DNA from: Felis catus
Taxonomy: Eukaryota
Assembly: GCF_018350175.1 (NCBI RefSeq)
Contig: NC_058368.1
Coordinates: 120,530,001-120,594,000 of the forward strand
DNA: 64,000 bases
Reading direction: 5' to 3'
The notes under the pieces were generated by a model. That model was given only the letters and a program-made list of their open reading frames with translations, did not search any database and had not been told where the DNA came from. Shown here piece by piece: positions 32,888-47,649 of this stretch (position 1 is the stretch's first letter; the number at the start of each line of letters is the position of its first letter). The position numbers and the translations under genes are program-made.

Positions 32888-34660
32888 TCAACTCTGTTGT
32901 TTCAAGTGAAGAGAGTTACAATAAAGGACTACTTCTGGGATGTTGTAGAGTTAATGGAATAAACAAGAAGGGTTGAGGCACTCGGAGAATAGCAGGAATC
33001 CAAGTTGCTACCACCAGGAGAGGTGAAGTGGGAAGAAAGGAGTATTTTTATTTTGTCAAATAAATCCAAAGTATGAAGGCTTCCACCCTTCAGTTGAGAA
33101 GGAAGCAGTGTTGCCTAGAATCTGGTGACAGCTGGAGCTTTGGAGGAGCAGAGGAAAGAGGAGGAGGAGCCAGGGAAGCACAAAGCCACCTCCAGAAGCT
33201 AGATGGCAAAGCACAGAGGGGTGAGAGGGAAAATGTGAGCCCTCTGACCCTCTTGCCAGACATTCAATTTGCTGAACTCATCTTGAAGCCAGTTGGTAAG
33301 GGAGCAATTCACTGGGGTAGCCTCCCTCCCAGAGCACAGAGAAAACACAGACAATGAATCTATGGTATAGGAAAGTAAAGAATGGCTATATTGCTTACTT
33401 TATCTGTGTGTTCTTCTCACCCACAAGACTGAGATCACCTCAACTTTAGGGACTGCATCTTACTCACTATACTTCATAGCACAATGCATGACACAGTAGG
33501 TATTCAATAATGGCTACTGAGTAAATGAGGTAATCTCTATCGTTTCTGTATTAGGTGGGTGTTTTCACAAGTTAGGGTCACCATCTGTGTGGATTGCTGC
33601 CTTCATTTTGTTATGGTACATACATGGCCTCAAACCCTGGATTTATTTAACAAAATGAAAATACTCCTGTCATATGTTATAACTTTTGAAGACATGGTTT
33701 CAGGTTTTGACACAATTGTTAATATATCCTCTGACAGGCTTAGCAAATATGCTGTCTTCATTTTACTTGGCATATATCTTATTCTGATGGCACAAGTCAC
33801 TGACAAGCCAGTCCCCAACAGAACAATGTGATCAAACACTCAACAAAAATACCACTTTCTTGAACAATAAGGCACCATCTGTTCTTAGATCTCCTGGCAG
33901 AATTTCTGAGAAAAGGGACTGAGTCAAGAAAGAGGAGCACCACAGCACAACATGGCTTAAAAACAACACAACAGAGAACCTGGGTAACAAATGGGAAGGG
34001 GTGGTAATGTTTCATGTCAACAGAGACATGTTGCATTTCAGCTTTATTTTCCGTTTGCCAGTGTGGCACACGTGAAGTGAAATTCCACGTAATTGCTCAC
34101 ACTGTGTCATCACACTTGAGTTGTTTTTATATAATTTTAAAGGACTCAAGTTCTATTAATTTTGATTTATGTGATATCCTAGCATAATTCCCATAACTGT
34201 ACATGGTTTGAGGACTGAAATTAGGGGTATAATTGGAGTAGGATTTCAGATCTTCTGCTGTATTACACCTCCTTTTAGTAACAATGGTTATAATACAATA
34301 ACCAATACCATTTATAGAGTGCTTTCTATGTGCCACTGTGGTAAATGTTTAACTGCATTAGCTTGTTATAGACATGAAGAAACTGACTCTGGGAATTGCT
34401 AAGAAATTTTCCCAAGGTGTCACAGTTAGTTGGTCACACTAATGTCCTTAACCATTACACTGTTAACTCTTGACCTCTTCTGTATTAATTGGAATTGGAA
34501 TTAATTGGCATCTTTGGAATGGCTGGAAGAAATCTTTTCCTTATTGTGAAAATGTGTATTTTTGATACTATCAATTGGTTTTCTTAACATTAAACAAAAT
34601 GTTAACAAAAGCTTGAACAAAATCTTATCATCTATTTCTATCTGTAGAAAGATTGCATTA

Positions 34661-35130
34661 GGGGCGCCTGGGTGGCTCAGTCAGTTAAGCATCTGACTTC
34701 GACTAAAGTCATGATCTCACCATTTGTGAGTTTGATCCCTGTGCCTTGCTCTGTGTTGACAGTTCAGAGCCTGGAGCCTGAAGCCTGCTTCAGATTCTGT
34801 GTCTCCCTCTCTCTCTCTCTCTCTCTAAGAAAAACATTAAAAATAAATAAATAAAATGGACATAATAAGGGCACCTGGGTGGCTCAGTCAGTTAAGCGTC
34901 TGACTTTAGCTCACGTCATGATCTCACCACTAGTGAGTTCAAGCCCCTGTTGGGCTCTGAGCCAACTCTGTGCTGACAGCTCAGAGCCTGGAGCCTACTT
35001 CAGATTCTGTGTCTCTATCTCTCTCTCTGCCCATCCCCCACTCATGCTCACTGGCGCGCGCGCGCGCTCTCTCTCTCTCTCTCTCTCTCTGTCTCCCAAA
35101 ACTAAATAAACATTAAAAATAGTTTTTTAA
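34661..35130 (+). mobile_element. Two head-to-tail Can-SINEs (34661-34855, 34869-35130)
   Basis: Two SINE heads, each with CT tract and A tail; the second has a (CG)n(CT)n tract. Confidence 0.92.
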
Positions 35131-35973
35131 AGAATGGCTATGTTGGACTGTTTTAGTAGAAGTGATGACCAAGCTTTTGTGTAGAACAACTATTTCAAAT
35201 GTGGTCATTTCAAAGTATGAGTACTTTCAAAATCGATTGTTCCTAGAAAATGGAGTTCCTTTTCATAGAGATTGCTTTTTTATTCAAAGAAATGTGGCAT
35301 TCATAGAATATGTCCAGTCCTATTTGAGGAGTCTACATGTATTTGAATAAAAACAATTTTTTAAGTAATTGAATGTTTTCTGATGAGACAAGTAAGCAAT
35401 ATCTTAAAATATGTCAGTATATGATCAGAGTCCATTAAACGGTCTAGCACTTGGGAGGAAGAAGAGCTCTCCTTCAGATCCAAACTCACTGGGTAAGACT
35501 TTATAAAGTCAGGTCATCAGAGCAGTTCTTCATTCTTGGACCCAGAATTTAATCTCTAGGAGACTCTATTTTCTCATCTATATATGGGGATCATATATAC
35601 ACCACATCATATATACATACATCATATATACATCACTAAGTTGCTATGAGATACAGAAATGATAGCCTAAGTTGTCTTGCACAGTCCCTCCATCCAGTAG
35701 GTGATCAATAAATGTGGTAGAATATGAGCTGTGTCTTAAAGACACAAAAAATCCCAGACTCCAGGTCGATCTCAATGGGCTCATTTAACTATTATCCTAG
35801 AGACTTTAGATGATGGAATTTTCCTCAGACCCCTTCCTTCTTCCCTCTGAAACTCATCCATCAAAATTTGATTTAGACCTTCTCAACCTTTAGGGACAAT
35901 TTGGATGCCTATGGAATATGATTTTTGTTTTGCCTGTGAAATATAGTATTTTGGGTGTGCCTATAGATTATGC

Positions 35974-36006
<33 letters not shown>

Positions 36007-36129
36007 CACGTTAGCTTTAATTTTATCCTCTACTTTCTGGCCTCTAGTTTCATATATTGTAACTTGCCAAACATAATACTCATTAAAACTATTTTTACTG
36101 GCTCCTACAGCATTGTTCCATGCTACTCA

Positions 36130-36725
36130 CTCAATCATTTATCAAACACTAAGCAGTGAACAAATCAAGTCCAAACTTTCATAGAACTTGCATTCTATTT
36201 GAAGACAGACAATAAATAGATAAACACGTGAACTATAGAATATGTCATGTGATAGTGTTAAGGAATGTGAATCACTGTAAGGGGATAGAGAGTGGTCAAA
36301 GGCATTGTTTTGGAAAAAAATGGGAATGAGGGAAAGTGTTTCAGTTAATATTTACAAATCTGAGTGAAGTGAGGAGAGAGTCTTTAGAGGCACCGGGAGA
36401 TGAGGGTTTCAGGCAGGAGAACAGTCCAGGGAACTGCTCTGAGCCAGGAGTATGCTGGCAGGTGGCCGGTGTGGCTGGAGCAGACTGAGACAAGGGAGGG
36501 TAGCAGGAAGTGAGAGCAGGGAGATCCAAAAGGCAGTAGGTGAAAGGGGAAGTCACTTAGAGGAAGAGGTGACTACCTTGGAAGTCTACCTTGGAAGAGG
36601 TAGAGGATGTGACCTGCAATTTAAAAGAATCACCTTAGCCCCTGTGAGGAGGATAGACTACAGTTGTATCAGGTGGAAGAAAAGACACCTGTTAAGACAG
36701 TGAGAGGTGACATGAGGTTGGCCCT
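36130..36725 (-). mobile_element. L2 fragment
   Basis: Purine-rich L2 antisense motifs (cagtccagggaactgctctgagccaggagtatgctggc; tttaaaagaatcacc). Confidence 0.6.
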
Positions 36726-39079
36726 GAGTCAGGGATGATTCCAGCATCTGTGGCCTGGCCAAACCTCACTCACAAGGAGGAGATCCCTAAGATATTATAG
36801 GCCCTTGAACTGCAGTATATCCTCAAGTCCCCTTCCTCCCTTTTTTTCATCCTCCTGGCACAACACCTCAACTTAAAAATCCGCATCCTGGGAGAAGGGG
36901 AGACAGAGGTGAAGTCATTAACATTCTTAGTGCAACCTATGTCTACCCTCAATAATCCTAATAAATTGTGTGTCTCAGATTGAGAAAGGTAGGAATTCTC
37001 CAACATTTTCACTGATGGCATGATGGAGGACTCTGATTAGACGGTCAGAAGTCTAAAGGCCTCATTTATAAGGTTTCTGCTCAATTTCCTGGGAATGAAT
37101 AGAGCCATCCTATTTCAAAAGAATGTTCTGCAGAGTTTAGGGTAGGAGTGACAAATTTGAAGTTTTCTATCTGAGTTTTCTGTCATTCTTTTCATCATAC
37201 TATTCAATTTGAGTTTTAAATAACTCAATCCCTTAGAGTTACTCTGTTTTATCTAGGAAGCTCAACATTTGGTACAGTGTAAATGAGGTACATTTACACT
37301 GGAAACAGAGTGCCTAAGTTTAAAACCCTGTCTGCCACTTACTGCTGTGGCATTGAATAAGGTCCTTACATACCTGAGCCCAATTTTTCTCATCAGGAAA
37401 ATGAGAATAGTTGTAGCACCTCTAAATAATTTCAAAGCACCTAGCCTAGGTCCTAACTCACTAAAAGTGTTCCATGAATGTTGGATATTATTAATTTTTT
37501 AATTGGATTTCTAATTGCTAGGAAGAAACAAAAAAACTAATAGTCATATTAACTAAAGTGTTTCCATCTCTTCTTCCACCTTCAGCCCATGTGAGCCTGC
37601 AGATGTGCCCAGGGGAAGCATTCCTTAAACAAACAATTTGCATAAAATCATCTGTGCCTCTTCAAACTTGTACAGACATTCAGTTTGAGCTCTATTCAAA
37701 TTTCAAGCTCAAGTTCCTGCCTATTTTATGTCATCAAAACAGGCTTGCTCATCATAGTTAGAAGCCTCATAAAATGGTCTGTCACTGAAAGTTGGCTCAC
37801 CCTCCCAGGGAGATACTGAAACCTTTTTTGAAATCAAAGATACAAAAATCATTTCCGTTTTGCATTTGGAAATCTGAGCAAGCAAGGAACTTAGACTTTT
37901 GTCATGCCTCCGTGGTTGGTGGTAGAAGTAGCCACAATACTAAACCAATCACTGACATGGCTTCGCAACATGGCAGACATTACAGAGCGATAAGAAACCC
38001 TCCCCAGAACCCAGCTTCCTGGGATCCAGGCAACAACAGATGCTTTGCATTTGAGTTGCTCTTGCATAGTGTCTCCTGAATTCATCATCCCTATTCATTC
38101 TGTGCCACACATTGAAATTCTGACTTGAATGGCAAAGCATGCTGATCTGCAAAGATTGCCTATTTTTTTGCATTTCACTGAAGTGATGATGATTCAATAT
38201 ACCTAACAGGGAAACTCAGAGCGTCTTACTCCTCTGAAGCCAATTTCTACTCTTCTCATTCCAAGACAGAAAAATAGTAATTAGTAATTAGTAATTCAGT
38301 GTTCCACTGGGATCTGAGGAATGGGTAATACTAATAATCATAACAATAATAAATACAGAAAAACAAAAATGGATGGAAATCTGATTTTACTATAATCAGA
38401 TTTTTAATTTCATGAGTTAACCAAGAACATGTGCTATCCTGGTAGAATTTGTTTTGGAAGACTTGTTTTAGACTTTAGTATTTCCTGTATCTTTTGAAGG
38501 CTTTTAGAATTTTCTTGGCCTTTGTTATTAAAAGCAGACAATTCTAAAAGACCCTGTGGTGAAGTTCAAATGAAAAGAGCCATGAAAAAGAAATGATGGG
38601 AGAAAGAGTCTCAAAAGCAAAAGTGAAAACTCCTAGCAGATTGAAAAAAAAATGTGTTTTTATTTATGGGATTTTAATCAATGTATTCCTTTGGTATCTT
38701 TTGGCTGCAGGGGAATTCTAAAATGGGTTAGTGTCTATAGATTGAAGAATGCAAAATATTAACCAGTATATTAAGGTAAAAGCAGTTCCTATTGGCAGAT
38801 AGCAACTTAATACGGGTGGGACCCTATCAGGGAAGTCTGTGGAGTTGTTGTGGTTTGTTTGTTTGTTTTTTCTGTAGTGCACAGGGCTAGAAATTCTGAG
38901 ACATGAAGCTAAATTCCAGAGGCTCCACAACGTTGGGCAAGTCTGTTGATTTTCTCCATCAGACAAGAAGCATTAAGCAGTGACTTTGTATTACACATTG
39001 GGCTTGAAGGGTTGAATGGAAGGATAAACAGGACATGAACTGCTCTCACAATTCACTGGACGAAACCGGCATACACGGT

Positions 39080-39480
39080 AACATTTGTGGGAGGCAATAA
39101 ACCCTATGAGTGAACATTCTTAGAACTCTTCAAAATCCCCTTCCAGGCAGATTGCACTTTCCAACCCTGTGAAATTAGGCATGCCCATATGACTTCTTTA
39201 ACCAAGGAGAAAGGAAAACAGTGACTGAGTTCTAATAAGGAATTGTAACAGCCAGCACGTGATTTCCCATGTTCCTTTCCCTCTGACTGAAGTACATCAT
39301 GGAAGTACATGTCAAGACAGAGTTTCCATCATCTTCAGACCCTGAATGACCACAACGAGCAAAGCCCTACTCACTCATCCTCAAGACACTTCACTATTAT
39401 GAAAAAGAAACCTTAGTGGTTTTAACCCCCTGAGATTTTGGCCTTGATACTGCAGTACAACCTAGTCTACTCTAATAGAC
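39080..39480. mobile_element. Old MaLR (MLT1J-like) LTR
   Basis: Motifs gaaattaggcatgcccatatgacttcttt..cca and ttttaaccccctgagattttgg..tactgcagtacaacctagtcta. Confidence 0.55.
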
Positions 39481-39789
39481 TCTGTCAGCAACAGAGATCA
39501 GATAATGTATAACAACAGAATAGGGTCAATTCAATCTGGGCCAGGCTAGAATCCTGCTAGGAGAATGCTAGAAGTCTTCCAGAAGTGATAACCATTGGCC
39601 TAGGTCTAGAAGGTTGCATGGCTTTAGATAGGCATAGAAGGCAAAGTAAGGACTTTGAGGAAGAGGAAATAGTGGGATGAAAAGTATAGAGCCAGGAAAG
39701 CACATGGTTGTCTAGGTGAGGCTGGAGCTCAGTGTTGTGAGCATCTGGTGATGAGACAAGAAAGGATAGGTTGTGACTAGAATATTTTT

Positions 39790-40815
39790 AGAATTTTCAT
39801 TTTGATGTAATTTTTAATTATAGTAAATCGTCAAGAACAGTATAAACTACCTCCATGTACACTTTATATTTTCTTCCATTAGTTTTATCTCTTCTACTTT
39901 CATAGATAGATAGAGGGATGATAGGTGAGTACGTAGAGATGTAGATATATATGTGTATGCTTATATGCAAATTATTTATTCTGATCTATTTAAAAGTAGG
40001 ACAAAGTATTGTCCTTTACTCAGTTACTTCACAATGAATTCACTAAATATGAAGACATCTTCTTATATAACCACAATGCAGTTATGAAGATCAGAGATTT
40101 ATATTGATACAGTACCATTAATTAGTCCTAGTCAATATTCTAAGTCTTTCCAGTTGTTGTAACAATGACCTTTATAGATATTTTTCTGAGGGTCCAGCAT
40201 CAAAATCAGGATTACGTATCACATTTAGTTGTAATGTCTTTTTTCTTATCTAGAAGAGTTTCTCAACCTTCTCTTGACCTTGGCACTTTAGAATGGATAG
40301 ATTTGTATAATTAGTAATGCATATATTATTCAGCTATAAGAAAGAATAAAATCCTGCCATTTACAATAATATGGGTGGAATCCAAGGGCATTATGCTAAG
40401 CAAGAGAAATCAGACAGAGAAAGACAGATACTGTATGATTTCACATATATGTGGAATCTAAAATAAATAAACCCATAGAAACAGAGAACAGATTAGTGGT
40501 TGCCAGAGACAGGGGGTGCAGGATGGGAGAATTAGATGAAGATGGTCAAAACGTACAAATTTCCAGTTATCAGGTGAGGATATAAAGTTCACTGGCATGA
40601 CTACAGTTAACCATATAATGTTGTACATTTGAAAGTTGCTAAGAGAGTAGACCTTTTAAGTTCTCATCACAAGACAAAAAATTCAAAACTATATGTAGTG
40701 ATTAATGTTAAGTGGAGTTGCTGTAGTAATCAGTTTGCCATATGTACACATATCACATCATTGTGTATACCTTATGCACACCTTAAACTAATACAATGTA
40801 TGTCAATCATAAAAT
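39790..40815. mobile_element. Old L1 3' ends (antisense ~39790-40310; sense ~40320-40815)
   Basis: L1M-type 3' UTR motifs (ttgaaagttgctaagagagtagacctt..agttctcatcac). Confidence 0.75.
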
Positions 40816-42109
40816 CAGCAAAACCTGTTTTAGATCACCAGTTCAGGGATACTGCATATTCTTTATGCCGCAGTTAGTTTATCTAATCCACTAGTATTTT
40901 AATAAAAATTTAAGTGTAACAAATTCTCCATGAAATCAAAGATCTGAATGACAACAATTTCATTCCTTTGCCTCATATTATCAGAAGTATTTATTTCTTA
41001 CACAGAGAGCAAAACGGTTTTCTTAAAGGTGAGGCTATTATTCATTTAGAATTGGGGTAGAGATACAATACTATGCAATAAAAAAGCAATTTAGCCTAGT
41101 AAGATTATTTCATTTCATTTGAATTTAAATAATGTGTTTTTATTAAATAATGGGAAAAACACAGTGAATGAAAAAAATCATCAATAATCTGGTCTAGTAT
41201 TTTGGTTAAGGGAATTCAGGAATGCAATATTCCCTTAAGAATATACTGTTAACATTTGTAATTTGTAATCTTTTAGCATGGGGATCTATGGTGTTTAATG
41301 ATTTACATCTAAAAAATAAGCTACTCTTTTTTTGAAATCAGATAGGCAATACATGTTTTTGTAATACAGTTTGGAAATTACAAAAACTGTAAGGAAGAAA
41401 GTGAAAATCATTCATTACCTCACTACTCTGAGAGAAATTTGGTAACATATCATGCATATGCATGTATATTTTGCAAAACTGGACAATGGTGTATAGGAGC
41501 CAAGAATTCACATGCCAGGAAGGCAACAGGTCAGGGATAGCAGGAGTGCTAAAGATTGCAACCAACCAGAGAGCATATGCCAGATCTAAAGCTGCCAGGC
41601 CTCCCCCTATCCAGGTCATTACTGCTTCCAGGTGGATGGGCCTTGAGTATTGCCATATATCCAGGATTTTAGAAAGGACCTAAAAATAGGTTGTTATAAA
41701 GTGAAACTAGGGGGGTGCAGGAAAGATGATGGAGTAGGAAGATCCTGACACATTACAGACACATCAAAGCAACAACCACGTATATTTTAACTAACTCTGA
41801 AAACAACGGGAAGATAGGCAGAACATATCTTCCACAGCTAGTCTTAGTGAGAAGGCCACATCAAAAAGGGTAGGAGGGGCAAAGAAATGGCTGAGAAACA
41901 AAGTCCCTCAGAGACGAACCACAAATGGGAGGTATATCACAAGTACAAAGGAGCAAGAAGATCAGACCCCACACCAGGCACCTACCCTAGGGATTTGCAC
42001 TGGGAAGAAGAGTCCCTATAACATCAGGCTTTGAAAATCAGTAGGGCTTAAGTCCCAGAGAGCCAGAAGGTTATAAGAAACTGGCACTCTGCCCTTACAA
42101 GCCAGTCTG

Positions 42110-42945
42110 TTCATCCAGATGGCCAACCGACACATAAAAAAAAAAAAATGCTCCACATCACTCATCATCAGGGATGATGATGATCATCAGGAACCACAAT
42201 AAGAAACCACCTGACACCTGTTAGAATGGCTGAAATTAACAACTCAGGCAACAACAGATGTTGGCAAGGATGCAGAGAAAGAGGATCTCTTTTGCACTGC
42301 TGGTGGGAATGCAAACTGGTGCAGCCACTCTGGAAAACAGTATAGAGGTTCCTCAAAAAACTCAAAATAGAACTACCCTATGACCCAGCAATTGCACTAC
42401 TAGGCATTTATCCACGGGATACAAGTATGCTGTTTCAAAGGGACACATGCACCCCAACGTTTATAGCAGCACTATCAACAATAGCCAAATTATAAAAAGA
42501 GCCCAAATGTCCATCGATGGATGAATGGATAAAGAAAATGTGGCGTATATATACAATGGAGTATTACTTGGCAGTCAAAAAGAATGAAATATTGCCATTT
42601 GCATCTATGGGGATGGAACTGGAGGGTATTATGCTAAGTGAAATTAGAGAAAGACAAAAATCATATGACTTCACTCATATGAGGACTTTAAGAGACAAAA
42701 CATATGAACATAAGGGAAGGGAAACAAAAACAATATAAAAACAGGGAGAGGGACAATACAGAAGAGAGTCATAAATATGGAGAACAAACAGAGGGTTGCT
42801 GGAGGGGTTGTGGGAGGGGGGATGGGCTCAATGGGTAAGGGCATCAAAGAATCTACCCCTGAAATCATTGTTGCACTATATACTAATTTGGATGTAAATT
42901 TAAAAAAATAAAAAATAAAATAAAATAATAAAATAAACAAATAAA
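42110..42945 (+). mobile_element. 5'-truncated felid L1 inserted in the host L1 5' UTR
   Basis: ORF2 C-terminus (DEWIKKMW.IYTMEYY.A.KKNEILPFA..MELEGIMLSEI), 3' UTR, A tail; flanks aagccagtctg/aagcccatctg. Confidence 0.9.
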
Positions 42946-44085
42946 AGCCCATCTGCTACGTAACTCAGCCTGAGACACAGCACAGAGGCAAATGTTTGAA
43001 AATCATCTGCGGTATACCTGAAGGCAATTTATTGACCAATTTCAGGGTTTGTGCTGGAGGGGCAGGGATTTGCAGGACATTTCTCTAGAAACAAAAGTTC
43101 TGGTTCTTGTTTGATCCCAGGTTTCGGCAGCAAAAAAAAACAAAGTAAAATAATTGCTGATATGTGCCAATTTTCTGGTCTTCCCCTAGCCTAAGTAGCC
43201 AGATGCTTTTAGAAGCCAGTGCTAACACTACCATGCTAGTACCATGTGCCCCACCATAATATTTCACTAGTTACCAGTCCCACCCAAACTGCCAGCCTGA
43301 GCAGACAACCCCACTCCCGGCATCTCCTATCCCAACAAACCTGCTAGGCATTCCTGGCCAGGACCAGTGCAACTCCACAATGACTCCTGCCTTGAGGAGG
43401 GGGTAGATAACCATATATACCAGTGTGTCCACAGTTCCTGTGGCTTGGCTTCTTAGCTAATTATGCAGGAAGCAAACCCTGACCTTCAGTGTACCTGTAG
43501 CTGTTACAACAGCTCATTGCACATAGCCAAGATAATGGACAGCCTGCCCACCAGTGAGTCTAAGATTTCTGCAGCTGGACTTCTCAACAATATAGGAAAA
43601 AAGAAAAAAAGAAAAAAAAAAAAAAGAAACACAACACTGCCCAATATACTTACAGCACGTGTACGGGTCACTGCAGCAAGCTGGACTGATGGCAAGACCC
43701 ACCCACCAGTATGCCCAGAGCTACTGAAACTCATCTGTAACAGGAATGCACATGCAGCCCATACAGGGGACACCCCTTGGGCTCCCCCTTCTTTTGACCA
43801 TTGGGGATTGCACTATAGGTCACCAAAGTACTTTTACGCAAGGCCACTCAACTTTCAAGACCAGGCAATGCAGCCAACCTACCTAATACAGAGAATCAAA
43901 CACAGAGTTATAGCAAATGAAGAAACAGAGTAATATATCCTAAACAACATAAAATCAAAGAAAAAAAGCTAAACAATATGGAGGTAAGCAATCTACCCAG
44001 AAAAGAGTTCCAAGTAATGATCATAAAAATACTCACTGGACTTAACAGTGGATGATCTCACTGAAAACTTAAAAAGATAAAAATT

Positions 44086-44213
44086 GGGGTGCTTGTGTGA
44101 CTCAGTCGGTTAAGCATCCAACTTTGCTCAGGTCATGATCTCACAATTCACGAATTCAAGCCCTGTGTCAGGCTCTCACAGCTTGGAGCCTGGAACCTGC
44201 TTCAGATTCTGTG

Positions 44214-44259
<46 letters not shown>

Positions 44260-44280
44260 AAAATAAACATTAATTTTTTT
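44086..44280 (+). mobile_element. Can-SINE
   Basis: SINE head, (CT)n tract, tail. Confidence 0.9.
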
Positions 44281-44598
44281 TTAACAAAAAGAGAATACCT
44301 ACCAAAAAAAATCAAACAGAAAACAATTAACAAAATGACAGTAAACACATACTCATCAGTAATCACTTTAAATGTAAATAAACTAAATACTCCAATCAAA
44401 AATAGATAAGAAGGTCATTAAATAGATAAGAAGACAAGACCCATCTATTTGCTGCTCTCAGGAGATCCATTTCAGACCTAAAGACATATAGAAACTGGAA
44501 GTAAAGAAGTAGAAAAAGATATAACATGCAAATGGAAGTAAAAAAAAAACTGGGATAGAACAATATCTATCAGAAATAGACTTTAAAGCAAACACTTT

Positions 44599-44825
44599 GG
44601 GGCATCTAGATGGCTCAGTCAATTAAGCATTGACTCTTGATTTGGGGTCAGGTCATGATCTCATGATTGTGAGCTTGAGCCCTGCATGGGACTCCATGCT
44701 GAGCATGAAGCCTGCTTAAGATTCTCTCCCTCCCTCTCCCTTTGCCCATCCCCTTATCATGCCCATGCAGATCACTTGTTCTCTCTCTGTCTTTCAAAAT
44801 AAAATAATAAATTAATAAATAATAA
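44599..44825 (+). mobile_element. Can-SINE (older subfamily)
   Basis: Flanks aaagcaaacacttt/aaagtaaagacttt. Confidence 0.88.
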
Positions 44826-46980
44826 AAAGTAAAGACTTTAAGAAGAGACAAAGAAGGGCATTACATAATGATAAATGAGTGATAAAGGAGTGAATGATAA
44901 AGGAGTGAATCCAACAAGGAAATAGAACAGTTGCAAATATGTATACACCCAACCTAGAAGCACCTAAATATACAAACCAAATATTAACATACATAAAGGG
45001 AGAAGTACAGTAATACAATAATAGAAAGGAACTTTAATACCCCACTTACATCAATGGATAGATCATCCAGACAGAAAATCAATAAGGAAACAGTGGCTAT
45101 GAACAAAACATTATCTAGATGGACTTAACAGATATATACAGAACATTCCATTCTTCCCTAAACAAGAACACACATTCCTTTCAGGAGCACATGGAAAAAT
45201 ATCCAGGATAGATCATGTGATAGGCCACAAAGCAGGTCTACATAAATGTACTGAAAACTGAACTCATACAAGCATCTTTTCCAACCACAGCATTATGAAA
45301 CTAGAAATCAATTACAAGAAAAAAAATGGAAAAAATAACCAAACTCATATACAGTAAACAACATGCTATTGAACAATGAGTCAACAAAGATCAGAAAGAA
45401 AATTTTAAAAGTACATGGAGACAAATGAAAATTGAAAAAAAATGAAGCAAATCTTCAGAATACAGCAAAAGCAGCTCTTAAGAGGTGCCACAGGCCTACC
45501 TTAAGAAGCAAGAAAAATCTCCAATAAACAACTTAACATTACAACTAATGCAATCAGAAAAAGAAGAGCAAAGCCCAAAGTTAGTAAAAGAAAGGAAATA
45601 ATAAAGATCTGAAACTATAAAAATAGACTTTATTTAGAAACTAAAAAAATGAAAAATATCAATAAAACTGCTGCTTTCTTGAAAATATAAACAAAATTTA
45701 TAAACCTTTACCCAACTCATCAATGAAAAAAGAGAAGGAACTCAAAGAAAAAGTAACATATTGGAAACAAAACAGGAAAAATTTCAACTGATACTACAGA
45801 AATACAAAGGATTATAAGAGAATACTATGAAAATTAAATGCCAACAAATTAGACAACATAGAAGAAATAGTGCAATTCCTAAAACAATTCCCATACAGAT
45901 CTTCCAAAACTCAATCTCGAAGAAAAAGAAAACATGAGCAGAGCTATTACTAGTAACAAAATTGAATCAGTAATCAAAAACCTCCCAACAAACAAAAGTA
46001 TAGGACCATGACTTCAGAGGTGAATTTTATCAAAAATTTAAATAAAAGTCAATACCTATTCTTCTCAAATGTTACCAAAAACATAGAAAAGGAAAGAAAA
46101 CTTCCAGATTCATTCTACAAGGCCAGCATTCCCCTGATGCCACCAACAAAATGCTACTAAAAAAGAAAACTACAGGCAATTATCTCTGATGAACATAGAA
46201 GCAAAAATCCTTAACACAATATTAGCAAACTGAATTCAACTACACATTAAAAGGATCATTCACCACAATCGAGATTTATTCCAGGGATGCAAGCATGGTT
46301 CAGTATCCACAAATCAATGAACACCATATATCACATTATAAGAGAAAGATAAAAATTATATGATAATCTTAATACGTGCAGAAAAAGCATTTGACAAAAT
46401 CCAACATATGTTCCTGATAAAAATCTCAACAAAGTGGGTATGGAGGGAACATACCTCAACATAATAGAGGCCGTATATAAAAAAAACCCCACAGCTAACA
46501 TGATACTCATTAGTAGATAATGAAAGATTTCTCTCTAGGATCAGGACAAAACAAGGATGACCATTCTCACCACTTTTATTCAACCTAATACTGGAAGTCC
46601 TGGCCGCAACAATTGGGCAAGGAAAAAAAGGCATTCATAGTGGTAAGGAAGAAGTAAAATTTTTACTATTTACAGAAAACTCAAAGACCCCGCCCAAAAA
46701 CTACTATGACTAATTAATGAATTCAGTAAATTTGTAGGATACAAAAATACTTGATGTATTTCTATACAGTAAAAATAAAGTAGCAGAGCAAAGAAATTAA
46801 GAAAACAATCCCATTTACAATTGCACCAGAGAGAATAAAATGTAGTACCTAGGAATACATTTAATCAAGGAGATGAAAGACCTGTACTTTGAAAACTGTA
46901 ACACTGGTGAAAGAAACTGAAGACAACACTAACAAATTGAAAGATAGACCATGTTCATAGACTGGAAGAATTAGTATTTT

Positions 46981-47221
46981 TTTTGTATTATTTATGTTTT
47001 TAAATATAATTTTTAACATGTATTCATTTTTGAGAGACAGAGACAGAAGCAGAGCACAAGTGGGGGAGGGGCAGAGAGAGAGAGAGACAAAGAGTCTGAA
47101 GCAGGCTTCAGGCTCTGAGTTGTCAGTACAGAGTGCGACATGGAGGCTTGAACCCACGAACCTGAAATCATGACCTGAAACAAAATCAGATGCTCAACTG
47201 ACTGAGCAACAAAGGTGCCCC
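46981..47221 (-). mobile_element. Can-SINE
   Basis: TSD ggaagaatt(a/g)gtatttt 46964-46980/47223-47239. Confidence 0.92.
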
Positions 47222-47649
47222 AGGAAGAATTGGTATTTTTAAAATGGCCACACTATGTTGTCACAAAAACAGACACATAGACCAATGGAATAGGATAGAG
47301 AACCCAGAATTGGACCCACAATTGTGCAGCCAACTAATCTTTGACAAAGCAGGAAAGAGTATCCAATGGAAAAAAGACAGTTTATTGAGCAAATGGTGCT
47401 GGGAGAACTGTACAGCAACATGTAGAAGAATTAAACTAGACCACTTTCTTACACCAAACACAAAAATAAACTCAAAATGGATGAAAGACCTGAATGTGAG
47501 ACAGGAAACTATCAAAACCCTAGAGGAGAAAGCAGGCAACAACCACTTTGACCTCAGCAGCATCAATTTCTTACTTGACACATCTCCAAAGGCAAGGGAA
47601 TCAAAAGCAAAAAGAACTACTGGGACCTCATCAAGATAAAAAGCTTCTT

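Noticed and set aside
32620..33390. Possible old LTR around the 32669 SINE
   Set aside because: LTR-like composition, but termini and family could not be established from sequence alone
35590..35635. Short tandem repeats (catcatatatac units; also 36574-36598 and ~44880-44910) as a CRISPR-like or organised array
   Set aside because: Only 2-3 adjacent units without spacers, in eukaryotic DNA; ordinary slippage duplications
43463..43933. 156-aa ORF
   Set aside because: Lies in the L1 5' region and crosses an A tract; no recognisable protein
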